The position numbers and the translations under genes are program-made. From the NCBI RefSeq assembly GCF_964213995.1, contig NW_027590121.1, forward strand, positions 2,666,001-2,730,000: a stretch of 64,000 nucleotides of DNA. Reading direction: 5' to 3'. Below are positions 22,859-35,995 of the stretch, in pieces. Below the pieces are notes generated by a model. The model was given only the letters and a program-made list of their open reading frames with translations, searched no databases and was not told the origin of the DNA. Within the stretch, counting starts at the first letter, position 1. Each line of letters begins with the position of its first letter. The DNA comes from Mustelus asterias (lineage: Eukaryota).

Positions 22859-23547
22859 TATATGGTGCATATTAGGTACGTTATTTATGGATTTGTATTA
22901 GTTGATTTTGTTTAATTCCAGAATAGTATTGTAACCACACTGTATATTTTCCAGTCAAAGAGTCAGCAGAGCACAAGATAAATCAATTCAGCAGCTTGAG
23001 TCCATGCCAAGTCTCTGTCGGGGAATCCACTCAGTGCCATTTTTCCTCGATATTCCTGTTCCCCAGTACGTTTAATTCCTTCAAGTGCCCGACCAATTTT
23101 ATTTTGAAATCACTGGTCGTCTCCACTTCCACCACTCTCATCGTCAGTGAGTTCCAGAACATGATTGCTTGCTCCCTAAGTCAAGTTCTTCCGCACCCAT
23201 CTGTATCTCTAATCATGTAATAGAGTTCTGAATATTGCATACATTTTTAGTCCACTAAATATGCTAATTTTTTATATGCTGAGACACGAGCCTGTGTGAA
23301 GATTTCAGGAATATGTGTCCTGTACATGAAACAGTCAGCACGGATCTGTCGATTAGGACGAATCAGCACTCTCAGGACAATGTCTATTTCAGGTCCAGCA
23401 AAGTGAGAATGGAGGGAGAGTGTTTGGGATGGAGATTTACAAATTTTCAAGAATGAGAGGAAAGAATGTTCCACAGAAACTAGAATTGTCTGTTCTGAGT
23501 TTTTATCCTGTACTGACAGCAATGATTTTTGTGAATTTCTTTCACAG

Positions 23548-24830
23548 GCTATTAGAAGGGGAGAATTTACAGACACAAATCTCAACAAACATGACGTTAG
23601 GATCTGACAGAGTCACACAATTATTCAGGATCTGAATACCATCGGCATTTGAAACTGGAATGGGAAATGTTTGTCTGTTCCTTCAAACTGTTTAAACATC
23701 AGTGTGACTGGAAAATCACTGAGACACATTCACTCGAGTGAGAGTATTCCAGTGAACTGACTGTGGAAAGAGCTTTAACCAGTTACACAGCCTGGAAAAG
23801 ATTGAAGGATTCACAGTGAGGAGAGAGACCATGTATGTGTTATCTATGGGATCAAACCTTCATCTGAACCTGCAAATGTACAAAGACACGCAGACCATGG
23901 AAATGTAGGGACTGTGGGAAGGGATTCAATTGTCCCTCGAAGCTGGAAACCCTTCGATGCAGCCACACTGTGGAGACACTGTTCACCTGCTCTGAGTTTG
24001 GAAGGGGATTTCGTGATTCATCCACCCTGAGGAATCACCAGCGACTTCACATCAGGGAGAGGCCATTCACCTGCTCTGAGTGTGGGAAGAAATTCAGCGA
24101 TCCGTCTGCCCTGCTGACACACCAGCGGGTTCACAATGGGGAGAGACCATTCACCTGTTGTGTGTGTGGAAAGGGATTCACTCAGTCATCTACCCTGCAG
24201 AACCACCAGCGATTTCACACGGGTGAGGGACTGTCCCCCTGCTCAGAGCGTGGGAAGGGATTCACTCACTCATCCCTCCCGCTGACAAACCAACGCATTC
24301 AAACTGGGCCGAGGCCATTCATCTGCTCCGAGTGTGGGAAGGGATTCACTCAATTATCTAGTCTGCTGAGACACAAACGATTACACACTGGGAAAAGGCC
24401 ATTCATCTGATGTGTGTGTGGGAAGTGACTCAGTCAATCATCCAGTCTGCTGGAATACTGAGGCACCTCCCCCAATAAGAAACCTGTTCAATGCTCTGAC
24501 TGTGGGAGCTGCTTTAAAACCTGAGCCTACCTGAGGGTCGACCAGCGCATTCACACTGAGGAGACCCCGTTCAGGCGCTCTCACTGTGTAAAGAGGTTTA
24601 GAACATCATCTGACCTACTGAAACATCAGGGAATTCACACTGGGGAGAGACCCTGATCATTCCCATTCACTTTCAGCGATTTCTCATAAAACCTACCAAA
24701 TTGGAAGCTTCTGCCTGAAATTTTATTTTCCCTTCATTTCCAAACTGAGACCATTCACCTGTTCAGTGTGTGGGAAAGGATTCACTTGTTCAACCAAGCT
24801 GCTGAGACACCATGGCAGTCACACCGATTA
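23548..24830 (+). pseudogene. Degenerate C2H2 ZNF pseudogene
   Basis: Acceptor TTTCACAG, fossil leader, deletion at the start (ACCATGGAAATGTAG), ORF 23970-24410 with ~5 fingers, further broken fingers. Confidence 0.85.
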
Positions 24831-24858
24831 GTGATCTTTTGGATTCTCTGCCTGTGGG

Positions 24859-25340
24859 TGTTAACTATATCAATAGAGGTTAAATTTATTCAAATGGAGG
24901 GCATTGATTAGACAGTTATAATGAGCAGGTACAAAGTGGGACTCACTAATATAACTTGGAGTCAGAGTTGAACCTGTAATGTTTGATTCTGTGAATAAAT
25001 CTAGACCAAATAAAGATTGACTCCGCCCCAAGGCTGTCAGGATTATAACATGGTAACAGAAAATGCTTGTCTCATGGTGAAGGTTGGAAACTAAAAGAAA
25101 GTATATTTCAGACAGAAACTTCCAATCCCAGCAGCTTTTGTGAGAAATGACTGAAAGGCAGTGGGAATTGTCAGGGTCTGATTACCTGCTGATGCTCTCG
25201 GAGTCTGAACCTTACAACCAGTGGAAGAATGAAATGGCGATGTGGACACGGGTTACATCCCGATCAAGGAGGAAACAAGATCTGGCCTTGGCATCGTCAC
25301 TTCCTAACACAAGGATAATCAGCAACAAAGCATTTTCTGA
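24859..25340 (+). mobile_element. LTR retrotransposon 5' remnant (192-bp LTR, PBS, gag start; Copia/GalEa-like)
   Basis: TGTTA...TAACA (24859-25050) with AATAAA, followed at once by TGGTAACAGA; ORF 25147 YNQWKNEMAMWTRVT..KQDLALASSLP is gag-like. Confidence 0.6.
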
Positions 25341-28300
25341 TCAGCCAAACTGCAAGTTGATACCTGCACTGGCACGGATGATTCATGTAAAGAATTCACT
25401 TCAGGTGGTTGGAGGGTAGAATCCCTGTCAATTGGTCTATGGGAGAAATCCCTAATTCCCCTCTGTGCCGGGCGATCGCCCTCCTGCTTTAAAGGGATAC
25501 AATTAGTTCCATTTTCAGTCATCAATTATCTGATTGTTCCATGAAAAGAATTGCTCGAAGCAACAAATTATTGGAGATACCAGAAGAGGGTTTCTTCATG
25601 TGTAACGTTTGGACTGAAGAAGAAAAACCATCTTTTTCTTCGATTTGTTTTGCAACACTGTGTGAATTTTTGCGATCCCGGTCAGGACTGTTAACGTTTG
25701 CAGAGAAATTCGAACACCCGGTGATTAACTGAAAGAATTACATCACAAGATTCCACATTGTTAAACAAAAACAAACTTTACTGTATGTTTAAATAAAATT
25801 TAAAAAGACAACACCACAAATTGAATACAATAAAGATTTATGATATAAACCTAGTTCTGTTTTTTTACCTCACCCCAAGAGTTTCTTTATACTTAATATC
25901 TTGAAGTTTCATTCACTTCTGTTCCTCGGACCATCCCAAAGGTATGTCAAAGCTCTCAATTCACTTTAATTCTCCCCAGTACTTCAGATCTTCTCCAAGC
26001 TCCAAGAGTTTATGGGAGTCCATCCATTATCTTTTCATTAAACAAGCCTCCAATTTTCCTTTAAGCTCTCAAACTGTGGACTCCTCAGTCCAAACATGAG
26101 CTTCACTGCATTCTTGCTGAGGGATTTAAATGTTGGAAACACCCCTGGTTTCTAATGGTCCTCTCAGCTTCTAGTCCCACAGCTGGTTCACAGCTCCTGA
26201 TCCCACAACTGGTGGCTTCCAAGCTAACTGCAGACTGTCCGCTGTCTATCTGTGGAACCAGGTCATTGATTGGAAAGGACTCAAAAGGTTACGGGGAAAA
26301 GGCAGGAGAATGGGATTGAGATTTATCAGCCATGATCGAATGGCACAGCAGATTCGATGGGCCGAATAGCCTAATTCTGCTCCTATATCTTATGGTCTAA
26401 TTCTAACCAAGGCTCCACCCTGAATCACATATCCCCATGGTAACAGAGACCAGGTGGAATGTCCGACAGATATTTTGCTTCAAAACTAAACCCTTTTTCC
26501 CTGAGCTCTGCATGAAGAATTCACCGAACAAAAACAGTACAATAATTGTCAGACCCAATGTCTCCAGCTAAAAGATCCAGCTGACCTTTTACAGTTCTTA
26601 CCTCTCGAGTTTTGACTTCTTAAACCAACATGGGCCATGCTTTGTGACTGCGAATTCCCTGAGGGTGTTTTTGTCAGATTCTCAATCCAGGTTTTCCATT
26701 TTTTAAAAGCAATTCTTGCAACTAATTCATATTTCTAAAACATAGGAATTATAAAATTAGATTTCTGTAACAAAAACAGGAAAAAATGAAAATGTATCAC
26801 CTTCATAATATCCCATTTAGAATATTACAATATACAACATGCTGTATATCTTAACAACAGCCATGATCTTATTGAATGGCGGAGCAGGCTCGAAGGGCCA
26901 AATGGCCAACTCCTGTTCCTAAATCCACTGTTTTCCTATGTTGATCTATCTTATAACCTGCAACAGACATAATAATCCCTCCATTGTCCACTTCACATTC
27001 ACAAGTCCAGCTTGGTAACAGCACACTGCTGGGTTCCATGTCCAGGAATTCAGTCCACTGAAGATGGAAATTACTGCTTGCAGTCTTTTCTGACGGTTTT
27101 CTTCTTACAATAATTATAATCCAAAGTTCCTCCTGCAAAAGGAGAGTCTTCATTGCTGTTCAGTTGTGAATTTTCAAGTTCTATTTTGAAAACAGTCTGT
27201 ACAGAGTTCACATTTTGAAATTCATTTTCTTCCATGTTTGTAGTTCCTCCATTGTTTAAATCCAGAGACAATATTCCAGTCAATTCCACATTGAAACCGA
27301 CTTCTTCTTGCTCAGTTATAGCTGATTCCTTTATTGTCCAGGACAATATATTCACAATCTCTTTAAAACAGGAATTAAACATTCCCATTTGATTCCAGAC
27401 AGTAACATATTCTGTTGGTTTGTTCTTTATTGTCAATGTCAGGCTGGGGTTCTCCTTGGAGCAAAGGAGGTTGAGGGGAGATTTGATAGAGGTGGACAAG
27501 ATTCTGAAAGGTTTAGATAAGGTGGACAAAGAAAAGCTGTTCCCATTAGCTGAAGGGACAAGGACGAGGGGGACACAGATTTCTTGTTTTGGGTCAGAGA
27601 TGCAAGCGGGGAGGGGAGATGTGAGGAAGAATATTCTGATGCAGCGAATGGTAATGACCTGAAACTCGCTGCCTACGAGGGTGGAGGAAGTGGAGACAAT
27701 AAACAATTACAAAGGAAATTGGATGAGCATTTGGGATGTTCCAAACAGAACGAAGAACAAAGAAAATTTTGTTTTCTCAAAGAAAACAAAAAAAACAAAA
27801 AAAAAACAAAGAAAATCCATCAAGACATCATTTGACTGAGTTTGGCAGAAAGGGACCGACACAGGGTTGGAGTCGGTGGGATTTGGCGGGGGGGAACTCT
27901 CCACCGGTTGGGGATATACCAGGTACAGACGAGGATGGCTGTGGTTGTTGGAGGTCAGTCATCACTGCAAGGGTCACTGCAGGGTTCATCTAAAACTCTG
28001 CTGGCCAGGTTTAAACTCACATTAAGTGTTATTCCACTATCACCCTCGTGCACGATGATCCACCCAGTAAAGCAACAACTTAATATTAAAATTCTCATCC
28101 TTGGTTTCAAATCACTCCATGACCTTGCCTGTCCCAATATCTATAATCTCCGATAAGCCCCACAAACCTCAATATATGACACTGCTCTAATTCTGGTCTT
28201 TAGTTTGTCCCTGACCTTGCTTCACCATTGCAAGCTCTACCTTCAGTTGCTTAGGCTCCAACCTCTGGAATATCATCCCGACACGTCTCCAACTCTCCAC

Positions 28301-28489
28301 CTCGCTTTACTCCTTTAACACACCACTTAAAATCGACCACTTTGATCAAACTTTTGGTCATCTAACCTAATATCTTCTTTGTGGCTCAATATCATACTTT
28401 ATTTTACAATGCTCCCTGGATATTTTATTATTTCAAGGCGCTATATAAATATATTTTGTTGTTCCTCATGTCTCCTGGGCCTAATCATT

Positions 28490-30125
28490 TTCAGCGGCTT
28501 CATTAATTACCGTCTCCCCACCGTAGGGTGGGAAACAGGGATGTTCACTGATGATTGCAGTGTATATTACCATTCACAACTCTGAATACTGATGCTGCCC
28601 GCATGCAGCGCAGGACCAGGACAACATTCAGGTTGGAGCTGATTGTCAATTCATATTGATACCACATAATTATCAGGAAATATCTACTTCCAGCAAGAAA
28701 ATCTAACCATCTTCCCTTAATATTCAATGGCATTACCATCAGTGAATGTCCCACCAGCAATAACTTTGGGGTTACCATTGACCAGTCATTTAAATACTGA
28801 GGTTACAAGAGCAGATCAGAGGTTGGGAGTTTTGTGGCAGGTTACTCACTTAATGACTCCCCAAAGGCTTGCCATGATTCACAAGGTATAAACCAGGAGT
28901 ACGGTGGAATATTCCCTACCTGGATGAGTGTATCTGCAACAATTTTGTAGATCCTGTCCAGGACAAAGTAGCTCGCCTGATCAGCATCTCAAATACCACC
29001 TTAAACATTCACTCTCCACCATTAGCCCACAATGGTGGCAGTGTATCCCACATATTAGATGCACTGCAAGAAATCACCAAGGCTGTTTTCACAGCATTTT
29101 TGAAGTCGGAAAATATACCTCTATAGGCTGGTATGAGTCAAAATACAGTCATGCTTTATTCTCATAAGCTTATGGGAGAACTTGACCCCTTGAAAGCGGA
29201 AGCCAAAGTTCTCTCTGAACACAAGAAGCGTGGATATTTATACATCAGGGTTCCCAATACAAGTCATGAAGCAAAGTCCAGTTAACAGTCCTTGATCATA
29301 AATTATAGTTGCTTTAACAGCTTCTGATAGTCTCTGGATCATGGTTAGAGACCATCTGGTATCCTTGGGTCATAAAGCACAATTCTCCTGGTAGTCGAAG
29401 CCAAGGTGTCACCTCTGGTCCCCTGCTCTTCCCGCAGCGTTTCCTTTGAAGTGACTGAGTGCAACTGTTCCAGTGGGAGTCCTCCTTCAAACGGCCATTC
29501 TCGCACTCTACCATTTGCTTCCTTTGTTTAAATCATACACAAGCCTATGAGAAAGAAAGACTTATCCCCTAACATCTATATTTAACTGTCTGTTTTATCA
29601 GAATGATATAAACAAGCGAGGGAACCATGAACAAATGGCTTATACTAAAAGTAAAAGATGAAAGACATGAACAAATGGCTTATATTACTACCAGGAGCAA
29701 TATAAACAAAAAGGAGGCGAGCCACAAGGAAGGGCTATGTTTGTGATACATTCCAGGTACAAAGTTCAACCTTTTAGGCACAAAATACATTGAGTACAAT
29801 AAACATTAACCCTTTCCCTTCTTCAATGTTCCAAACCCTAACTTCTACCACTTGAAAAACAAGTGCAGCCAGCGTATGGGAATGCCACCATCTGCAAATT
29901 GTACTCCACATCACACACCATTCTGACTTGAAAATCAATCACCATTCCTTCTCTGTCACTGCATCAAATTCCTGGAACTCCCTAACAGCGTTGTGGGTAT
30001 ACCTACACCAAATGGATTGCAGCGATTCAAGAAAGTGGCTCACTTTCTTCACAAGGGCAATCAGTGATGCACAATGAATGTTGGCCTTGCCAGCCACATT
30101 CACATCCCCTGAAAGAATTTTAAAA
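28490..30125 (+). mobile_element. Old degenerate LINE (CR1/L2 group), interrupted
   Basis: FINY-..-GMFTDDC RT remnant ~28500-28560; WNSL-type 3' region and tail shared with the second SINE family at ~29960-30120. Confidence 0.45.
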
Positions 30126-30227
30126 AATCCTCATCCCTGGTATCATTCTCAGCCATGAGGACTGCAGTTATCAATGAACAGCTCCGCTTTTGACTTTATG
30201 ATGGGGGGAGGGTCATTGGTGGAGCAA

Positions 30228-31480
30228 TGTCAAGACACATCTTAAAGTCACTATCGTATCTGCTTCCACTACCTTCCCCGGCAACGAGTTCCAGGCACCC
30301 ACAACCCTCAGTGTAAAAAACCTGCCTCGTACATCGGCACGGTAGCACAGTGGTTAGCACTGCTGCTTCACAGCTCCAGGGTCCTGGGTTCGATTCCCAT
30401 CTCGGGTCACTGTCTGTGTGGAGTTTGCACATTCTCCTCGTGTCTGCGTGGGTTTCCTCCGGGTGCTCCGGTTTCCTCCCACATCCAAAGATGTGCAGGT
30501 TAGGTTGATTGGCCAGGTTAAAAATTGCCCCTTAGAATCCTGGGATGTGTACATTAGTGGGTAAATATGTGGGGGTAGGGCCTGGGTGGGATTGTGGTCG
30601 GTGCAGACTCGATGGGCCGAATGGCCTCCTTCTGCACTGTAGGGTTTCTATGATTTCTATGATTTAAACCTTGCCCCTCACACCTTAAACCTATGCCCCT
30701 GGTAATTGACTCTTCCACCCTGGGAAAAAGCTTCTGATTATCCACTCTGTCCATGCCCCTCATAATCTTGTAGACTTCTATCAGGTTGCCCTCCTCAACC
30801 TCCGTTGTTCCAGTGAGAACAAACCACGTTTCTCCAACTTCTCCTCATAGCTAATGCCCTCCACACCAGGCAACATCCTGGTAAATATTTTCCGTACCCT
30901 CTCCAAAGCCCCCACATCCTTCTGGTAGTGTGGTGACCAGAATTGAACACTAGATTCCAAGTGCGGTTTAACTCAGGTTCTATAAAGCTGCAACATGACT
31001 TGCCAATTTTTAAACTCAATGCCCCGGCCGATGAAGGCAAGCATGCCGTATGCCTTCTTGACTATCTTCCCCACCTGCATTGCCACTTTCAATGACCTGT
31101 GTACCTGTACACCCAGATCCCTCTGCCTATCAATACTCTGAAGGGGTCTGCCATTTACTGTATATTTCCCATCTGTATTAGACCTTCCAAAATGCATTAC
31201 CTCACATTTATCCAGATTAAACTTCATCTGCCATCTCTTCGCCCAAGTCTCCAACTGATCTATATCCTGCTGTATCCTCTGCCGGTCCCCATCGCTATCC
31301 GCAATTCCACCAACCTTTGTGCCGTCCACAAACTTACCAATCAAACCAGTTACATTTTCCTCCAAATCATTTATATATATTACAAACATCAAAAGTCCCA
31401 GCACTGATCGCTGAGGAATGTCACTTGTCACAGCCCTCCATTCAGAAATGTACCTTTGCACTGCCAACCTCTGTTTTCTT
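30228..31480 (-). mobile_element. CR1 LINE 3' part (RT), with nested HE1 SINE at 30336-30664 (+)
   Basis: ORFs 30973-31518 and 30554-30763; paralogous to 62865-63930, which lacks the SINE. Confidence 0.9.
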
Positions 31481-31718
31481 CTGACTAAATATCTCGAAAC
31501 TTCCTCACACCCTGTCACTCTGTGATCCTTGTGACATTTGAAACCAGGTATTCACAAAAAGACTCAAAGAGCATCAGCCCACTGGAGGCTGAGACCGGCC
31601 AGTCCAGCACAAAGAAACCCTCTGACCCTTCCCATTGACCAACTGTGAGAATGAACAAAATACAGTCCTGGATGCAACTGAGAGCAGAAACAATAACAGC
31701 AGAATCCTACCCCGGGAA

Positions 31719-32561
31719 TCACTCGTGAACTTGTTGATGTCTCAGCAGCTGGGATGAAACTCTGAATCCCTTCCCACACAGAGAGCAGGTGAACGGCCTC
31801 TCCCCAGTGTGAACTCGCTGGTGTATCCTCAGGTGGGATGACCGAATGAATCCCTTCCCACACTGAGAGCAGGTGAACGGTCTCTCCCCAGTGTGAACTC
31901 GCTGGTGTCTCTGCAGGTGGGATGATCGAGTGAATCCCTCCCCACATTGAGAGCAGGTAAATGGTCTCTCCCCAGTGTGAACTCGCTGGTGTGACTGCAG
32001 GTTGGATGACCAAGTGAATCCCTCCCCACACTGAGAGCAGGTGAATGGCCTCTCCCCAGTGTGAACTCGCTGGTGTGTCTGCAGGCTGGATAACTGAGTG
32101 AATCCCTTCCCACACTGAGAGCAGGTGAACGGCCTCTCCCCAGTGTGAACTCGCTGGTGTCTCTGCAGGCTGGATAACTCAATGAATCCCTTCCCACACT
32201 GAGAGCAGGTGAACGGCCTCTCCCCAGTGTGAACTCGCTGGTGTGTCTGCAGACTGGATAACTGAGTGAATCCCTTCCCACACTGAGAGCAGGTGAATGG
32301 CCTCTCCCCAGTGTGAACTCGCTGGTGTCTCAGCAGGTGGGATAACCGAGTAAATCCCTTCCCACACTGAGAGCAGGTGAATGGCCTCTCCCCAGTGTGA
32401 ACTCGCTGGTGTGTCCGTAAGCTGGATAACTGATTAAATCCCTTCTCACACTGAGAGCAGGTGAATGGCCTCTCCCCAGTGTGGCTGCGCCGATGAACTT
32501 CCAGCTCTGATGGGGCTCTGTATCCCTTCCCACAGTCCACACATTTCCATGGTTTCTCCAT
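31719..32561 (-). CDS. C2H2 zinc-finger protein, finger-only, 10 intact fingers (280 aa)
   Basis: GCACCATGG start, MEKPWKC, uninterrupted 28-aa repeats with HTGERP linkers. Confidence 0.9.
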   Translation of the reverse strand: MEKPWKCVDCGKGYRAPSELEVHRRSHTGERPFTCSQCEKGFNQLSSLRTHQRVHTGERPFTCSQCGKGFTRLSHLLRHQRVHTGERPFTCSQCGKGFTQLSSLQTHQRVHTGERPFTCSQCGKGFIELSSLQRHQRVHTGERPFTCSQCGKGFTQLSSLQTHQRVHTGERPFTCSQCGEGFTWSSNLQSHQRVHTGERPFTCSQCGEGFTRSSHLQRHQRVHTGERPFTCSQCGKGFIRSSHLRIHQRVHTGERPFTCSLCGKGFRVSSQLLRHQQVHE

Positions 32562-33235
32562 GGTGCAGGTGACCTTGCCTCTTTCTTGGGTGGACAATTA
32601 GTTGAAACTTCGTCCACACACAGAACAAGATTACAGTCTCGACCCACTGTGAATGGTGTGATATTTATTCAGACTGTGTAACTGGTTAAAGCTCTTTAGT
32701 CAGTGCATTGGAACACACTCACTCAAGTGTGGCAGAGTGTTGATGCTTTTTCACTCACACTGACATTTCAAATCTTTTCAAATCGACAGACTGGACAATC
32801 ATTTCTCCTCCTGGATTCAAAGTTCGATGATATTGAGGTCCCAAGGGATATGACTCTGTCACGTCTAGACGTGATGTTTGAGATTTCAGCCTGTGATTCC
32901 TCTTTCAAGATCCTGTAAAATGAGTTTCCAAAAGTCATCAGTGTCAGTGCAGGATAGAAATTCAGAACAGACAATTTCTATGGAACATTCTTTCCTCTCT
33001 CATTCCCCAAAAGCTGTAAATCTCCATCCCACACACTCTCTCCCCATTCTCAGCAGGTCTGGCAGCATCTGTATGGAGAGAAAAGAACTGATGTTTCAGA
33101 GCTTTGACAAAGGGTCATCTAGACAAGAAACATCAGCTCTTTTCTCTCCTTACAGATGCTGCCAGACCTGCTGAGATTTTCCAGCATTTTCCCTCCTGGT
33201 TTCAGATTCCAGCATCCGCAGTAATTTGCTTTTAT

Positions 33236-33960
33236 AAGGCTGCAGATACCTCTGCCCAAGTAACATGCGTGTGCCCAAGACATCACCACTTGTTTCCCTT
33301 ATTTCTTTAGCACCCATGGTGCTCTCCGCAGTAAACACAGAGGAGAAGTATTCATTAAAAATCTCACCCATCTCCTGTGGCTCCACACACAGATGGCCAT
33401 ACTGATTTTTAAGGGGATCTATTCTCTCTCTAGCCACCCTTTTACTCTTAATATAGCTCTCAAACCTCTTGGAATTTTCTTTAATCTTACCTGCCAGATC
33501 CATATCAGACCCTCTTTTTGTCCTCCTGATCTCCCTCTTCAGTATTTTCTTACACTTTTTATAGTCAGAGTGATTCATTTGTCCCCGATTGTCTAAACCC
33601 AATGTATGCTTCCTTCTTTTACCTGACCAGAGCCTCAATGTCCCTTGTCTGCCAGAGATCCCTAAATTTAGCATTCTTTCCCTGCATCGTAACAGGAATA
33701 TACTGCCCCTGGACTATTGATGTCACACTTTTAAAACCTCCCATTTGCCAGTCATTCCTTTCCCTTCAAACAAACTCACCTAATCGACATCTGCTCGATC
33801 CTGCCTAATGCCCACAAAAGTGACCCTGCTCCAGTTTAGGGCCTTGACCTGTGGACCTGTCCTATCTTTTTCCAGAACGATTTTGAAACTATTGGTGCTC
33901 CCAATAGTGCTCCCTGACTGACACTTCAGTCACTTGCTCCACCTCATTTCTTAACTGTCT
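33236..33960 (-). mobile_element. CR1 ORF2 internal fragment
   Basis: ORF 33150-33674 (IKENSKRF..YIKSK..NEYFSSVFT); duplicate at 60735-61275. Confidence 0.8.
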
Positions 33961-34264
33961 AATAGAAAGTGAGTCCAGGAATTGATAATGAAAAATAAGG
34001 AGCTGGGAGATGAATTGAACAAGTATTTTGCCTCGGTGTTCACAATAGAGATACAGTTAAAACTCAGAAACAGCTGGAAATCAGAAAACAGAAGTGTGGG
34101 ATGAACTCTGAAAAAGCACAATTCCCAGGGAAGTGGTCCTCAGCAAACTGTTGGAGCTGTGGGCTGATGAGTCCTCGGGTCCTGCTGGGCTTCATTCTCG
34201 GGTCCTGCTGGGCTTCATTCCCGGGTCTTAACAGAGGGAGATAGTTGATGATGTTCAATTTTCT

Positions 34265-34384
34265 AAACCGTCCGTCGCCATTACCCGCACTGCGCATGCT
34301 TCAGGTCCCGCCCCTCATTCACTCCGATTGGTTGGAGGACCAGCCGCTCCCGCTCGGTCCTCCAGCCCCGCCCCATCTTCCTAC
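34265..34384. promoter_or_regulatory. Promoter remnant (pair 3), cut by an HE1 SINE at 34385-34590 (-)
   Basis: TGCGCATGC, CCCGCCCC, GATTGG; reverse complement of 60504-60715. Confidence 0.65.
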
Positions 34385-35557
34385 TCATCCCAGGACACTA
34401 AGGGGCAATTTAGCATAGCCAATGCACCTAACTGGCATATCTTTGGACGATGGGAGGAAACCGGAGCATCTGGAGAAAACCCACGCAGACATGGGGAGAA
34501 CGGGCAGACTCCACACAGACAGTGACCCAAGTTGGGAATCGAACCCAGGTCCCTGGAGCTGTGAGGCAGCAGTGCGAACCACTGTGCTGCCTACATTGCT
34601 GATGAGAATTTTAATTTACTGACTTAGGAATTAATTCTCGGGAATAGTCATTCTGAAAATGACCATTAAAATGTGTTTAATTTACCCCACTTTGCCAGAT
34701 TTCAGTTTGCATTTCAAAATTGAATTGAGAATGTCTGGGAGCAAATGGTAAAATGAGGTTTGAGACACCAGCTGCAATTATTTTCTGTGACTGATGATAC
34801 CTTTGTGCCTGTGCAGGAGGTAATTCCGCTGTTGTTGTGGCACAAATGAAATGGAGCTTTTCCAAGGAACAGGCCCATGTTAATGGTCATCGTGGTGTTT
34901 CATTGGTGAGCAGAGCACGTGTGCCCATTGTGGTAACAACAGAGTCAGTGGGGCTGCACGTCCCCTGACTTGGAAGGAAAATAATTGACTCCTTGATTGT
35001 ACTCTCAATCTGCACATGGCCTGCAGGACTGAATCCAGCTGGAGGGAGAGGGAGCTGAGCTCAAAGTGGAGTTGGGGCAATGAGTTTGATTTCAGCTCAG
35101 GGACAAGAGAGAGTGTGTGGGATGGGGATTACAGCTCAAGATAAATGAGACAGAGAAATGTTTCGTGGAAACTGAAATTGTCTGTTCTGAAGCAGTTTTT
35201 AAAAACTCTTTGTGCAGGGAACTAGAAGATGAAGATTCACAGACAGGAAACTCAAACTAAACTTCACATCAAAGTCTGACAGAGCCATTCGATTCAGCAT
35301 GACCTAAATATGATTGCTTTTGACAGTGGAGGGATAAATCGTTCCCTGTTTTGTCAGTGGAAGAAAATTTCAAAATTCAATGTGACAGAAAAAGAACTGA
35401 GACACACACATACACCCAAGTGAGAGTGCTCCAGTGAACTGACTGTGGATAGAGCTTTAACCAGTTACATAGCCTGAAAAACATCACACCATGGTCTGTA
35501 GGTGGATGAGGCTTCAACTAATCAACCAACCTGGAGAGACAGAAGGACACCAGCACC

Positions 35558-35995
35558 ATGGACAAACCGTGGAAATGTGAGGATTGTGGTAAAGGATTCA
35601 ATTATCCATCCCGGTTGGAAACCCATCGACACGGTCACATTGGGGCTGGGAAAATGGAGAAACCATGGAAATGTGATGATTGTGATAAAGGATTCAATTA
35701 TCCGTACTTGCTGGAAAACCATAGATACAGTCACACTGGAGAGAGGCCATTCATCTGTTCTGTGTTTGGGAAAGGATTCACTATCTCATCCCACCTGCTG
35801 TTACACCAGCAAATTCACACTGAGGAGAGGCCGTTCAGCTGCTCCACCTGTGGAAAGGGGTTCTCATGTTCATCCAACCTCAGTGCACATCAGCGAGTTC
35901 ACACTGGGGAGAGATTGTTCACCTGCTCCTTGTGTGGGAAGGATTTTGCTGGGCCATCCAGTCTTTGGACACAACAGCGAATTCACACAGGATAT
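35558..35995 (+). pseudogene. C2H2 ZNF gene, 5 fingers, truncated by CR1
   Basis: MDKPWKC..MEKPWKC duplicated first finger; array runs into CR1 RT sequence. Confidence 0.8.

Noticed and set aside
25672-26772. Possible solo LTR on the minus strand (TGTTACAG start)
   Set aside because: No clear 3' CA end, TSD or partner LTR could be established by eye
27071-27330. Acidic ORF segment on the minus strand as a host exon
   Set aside because: The 211-aa ORF is mostly antisense CR1 and duplicated flank; no recognisable domain or clear splice sites
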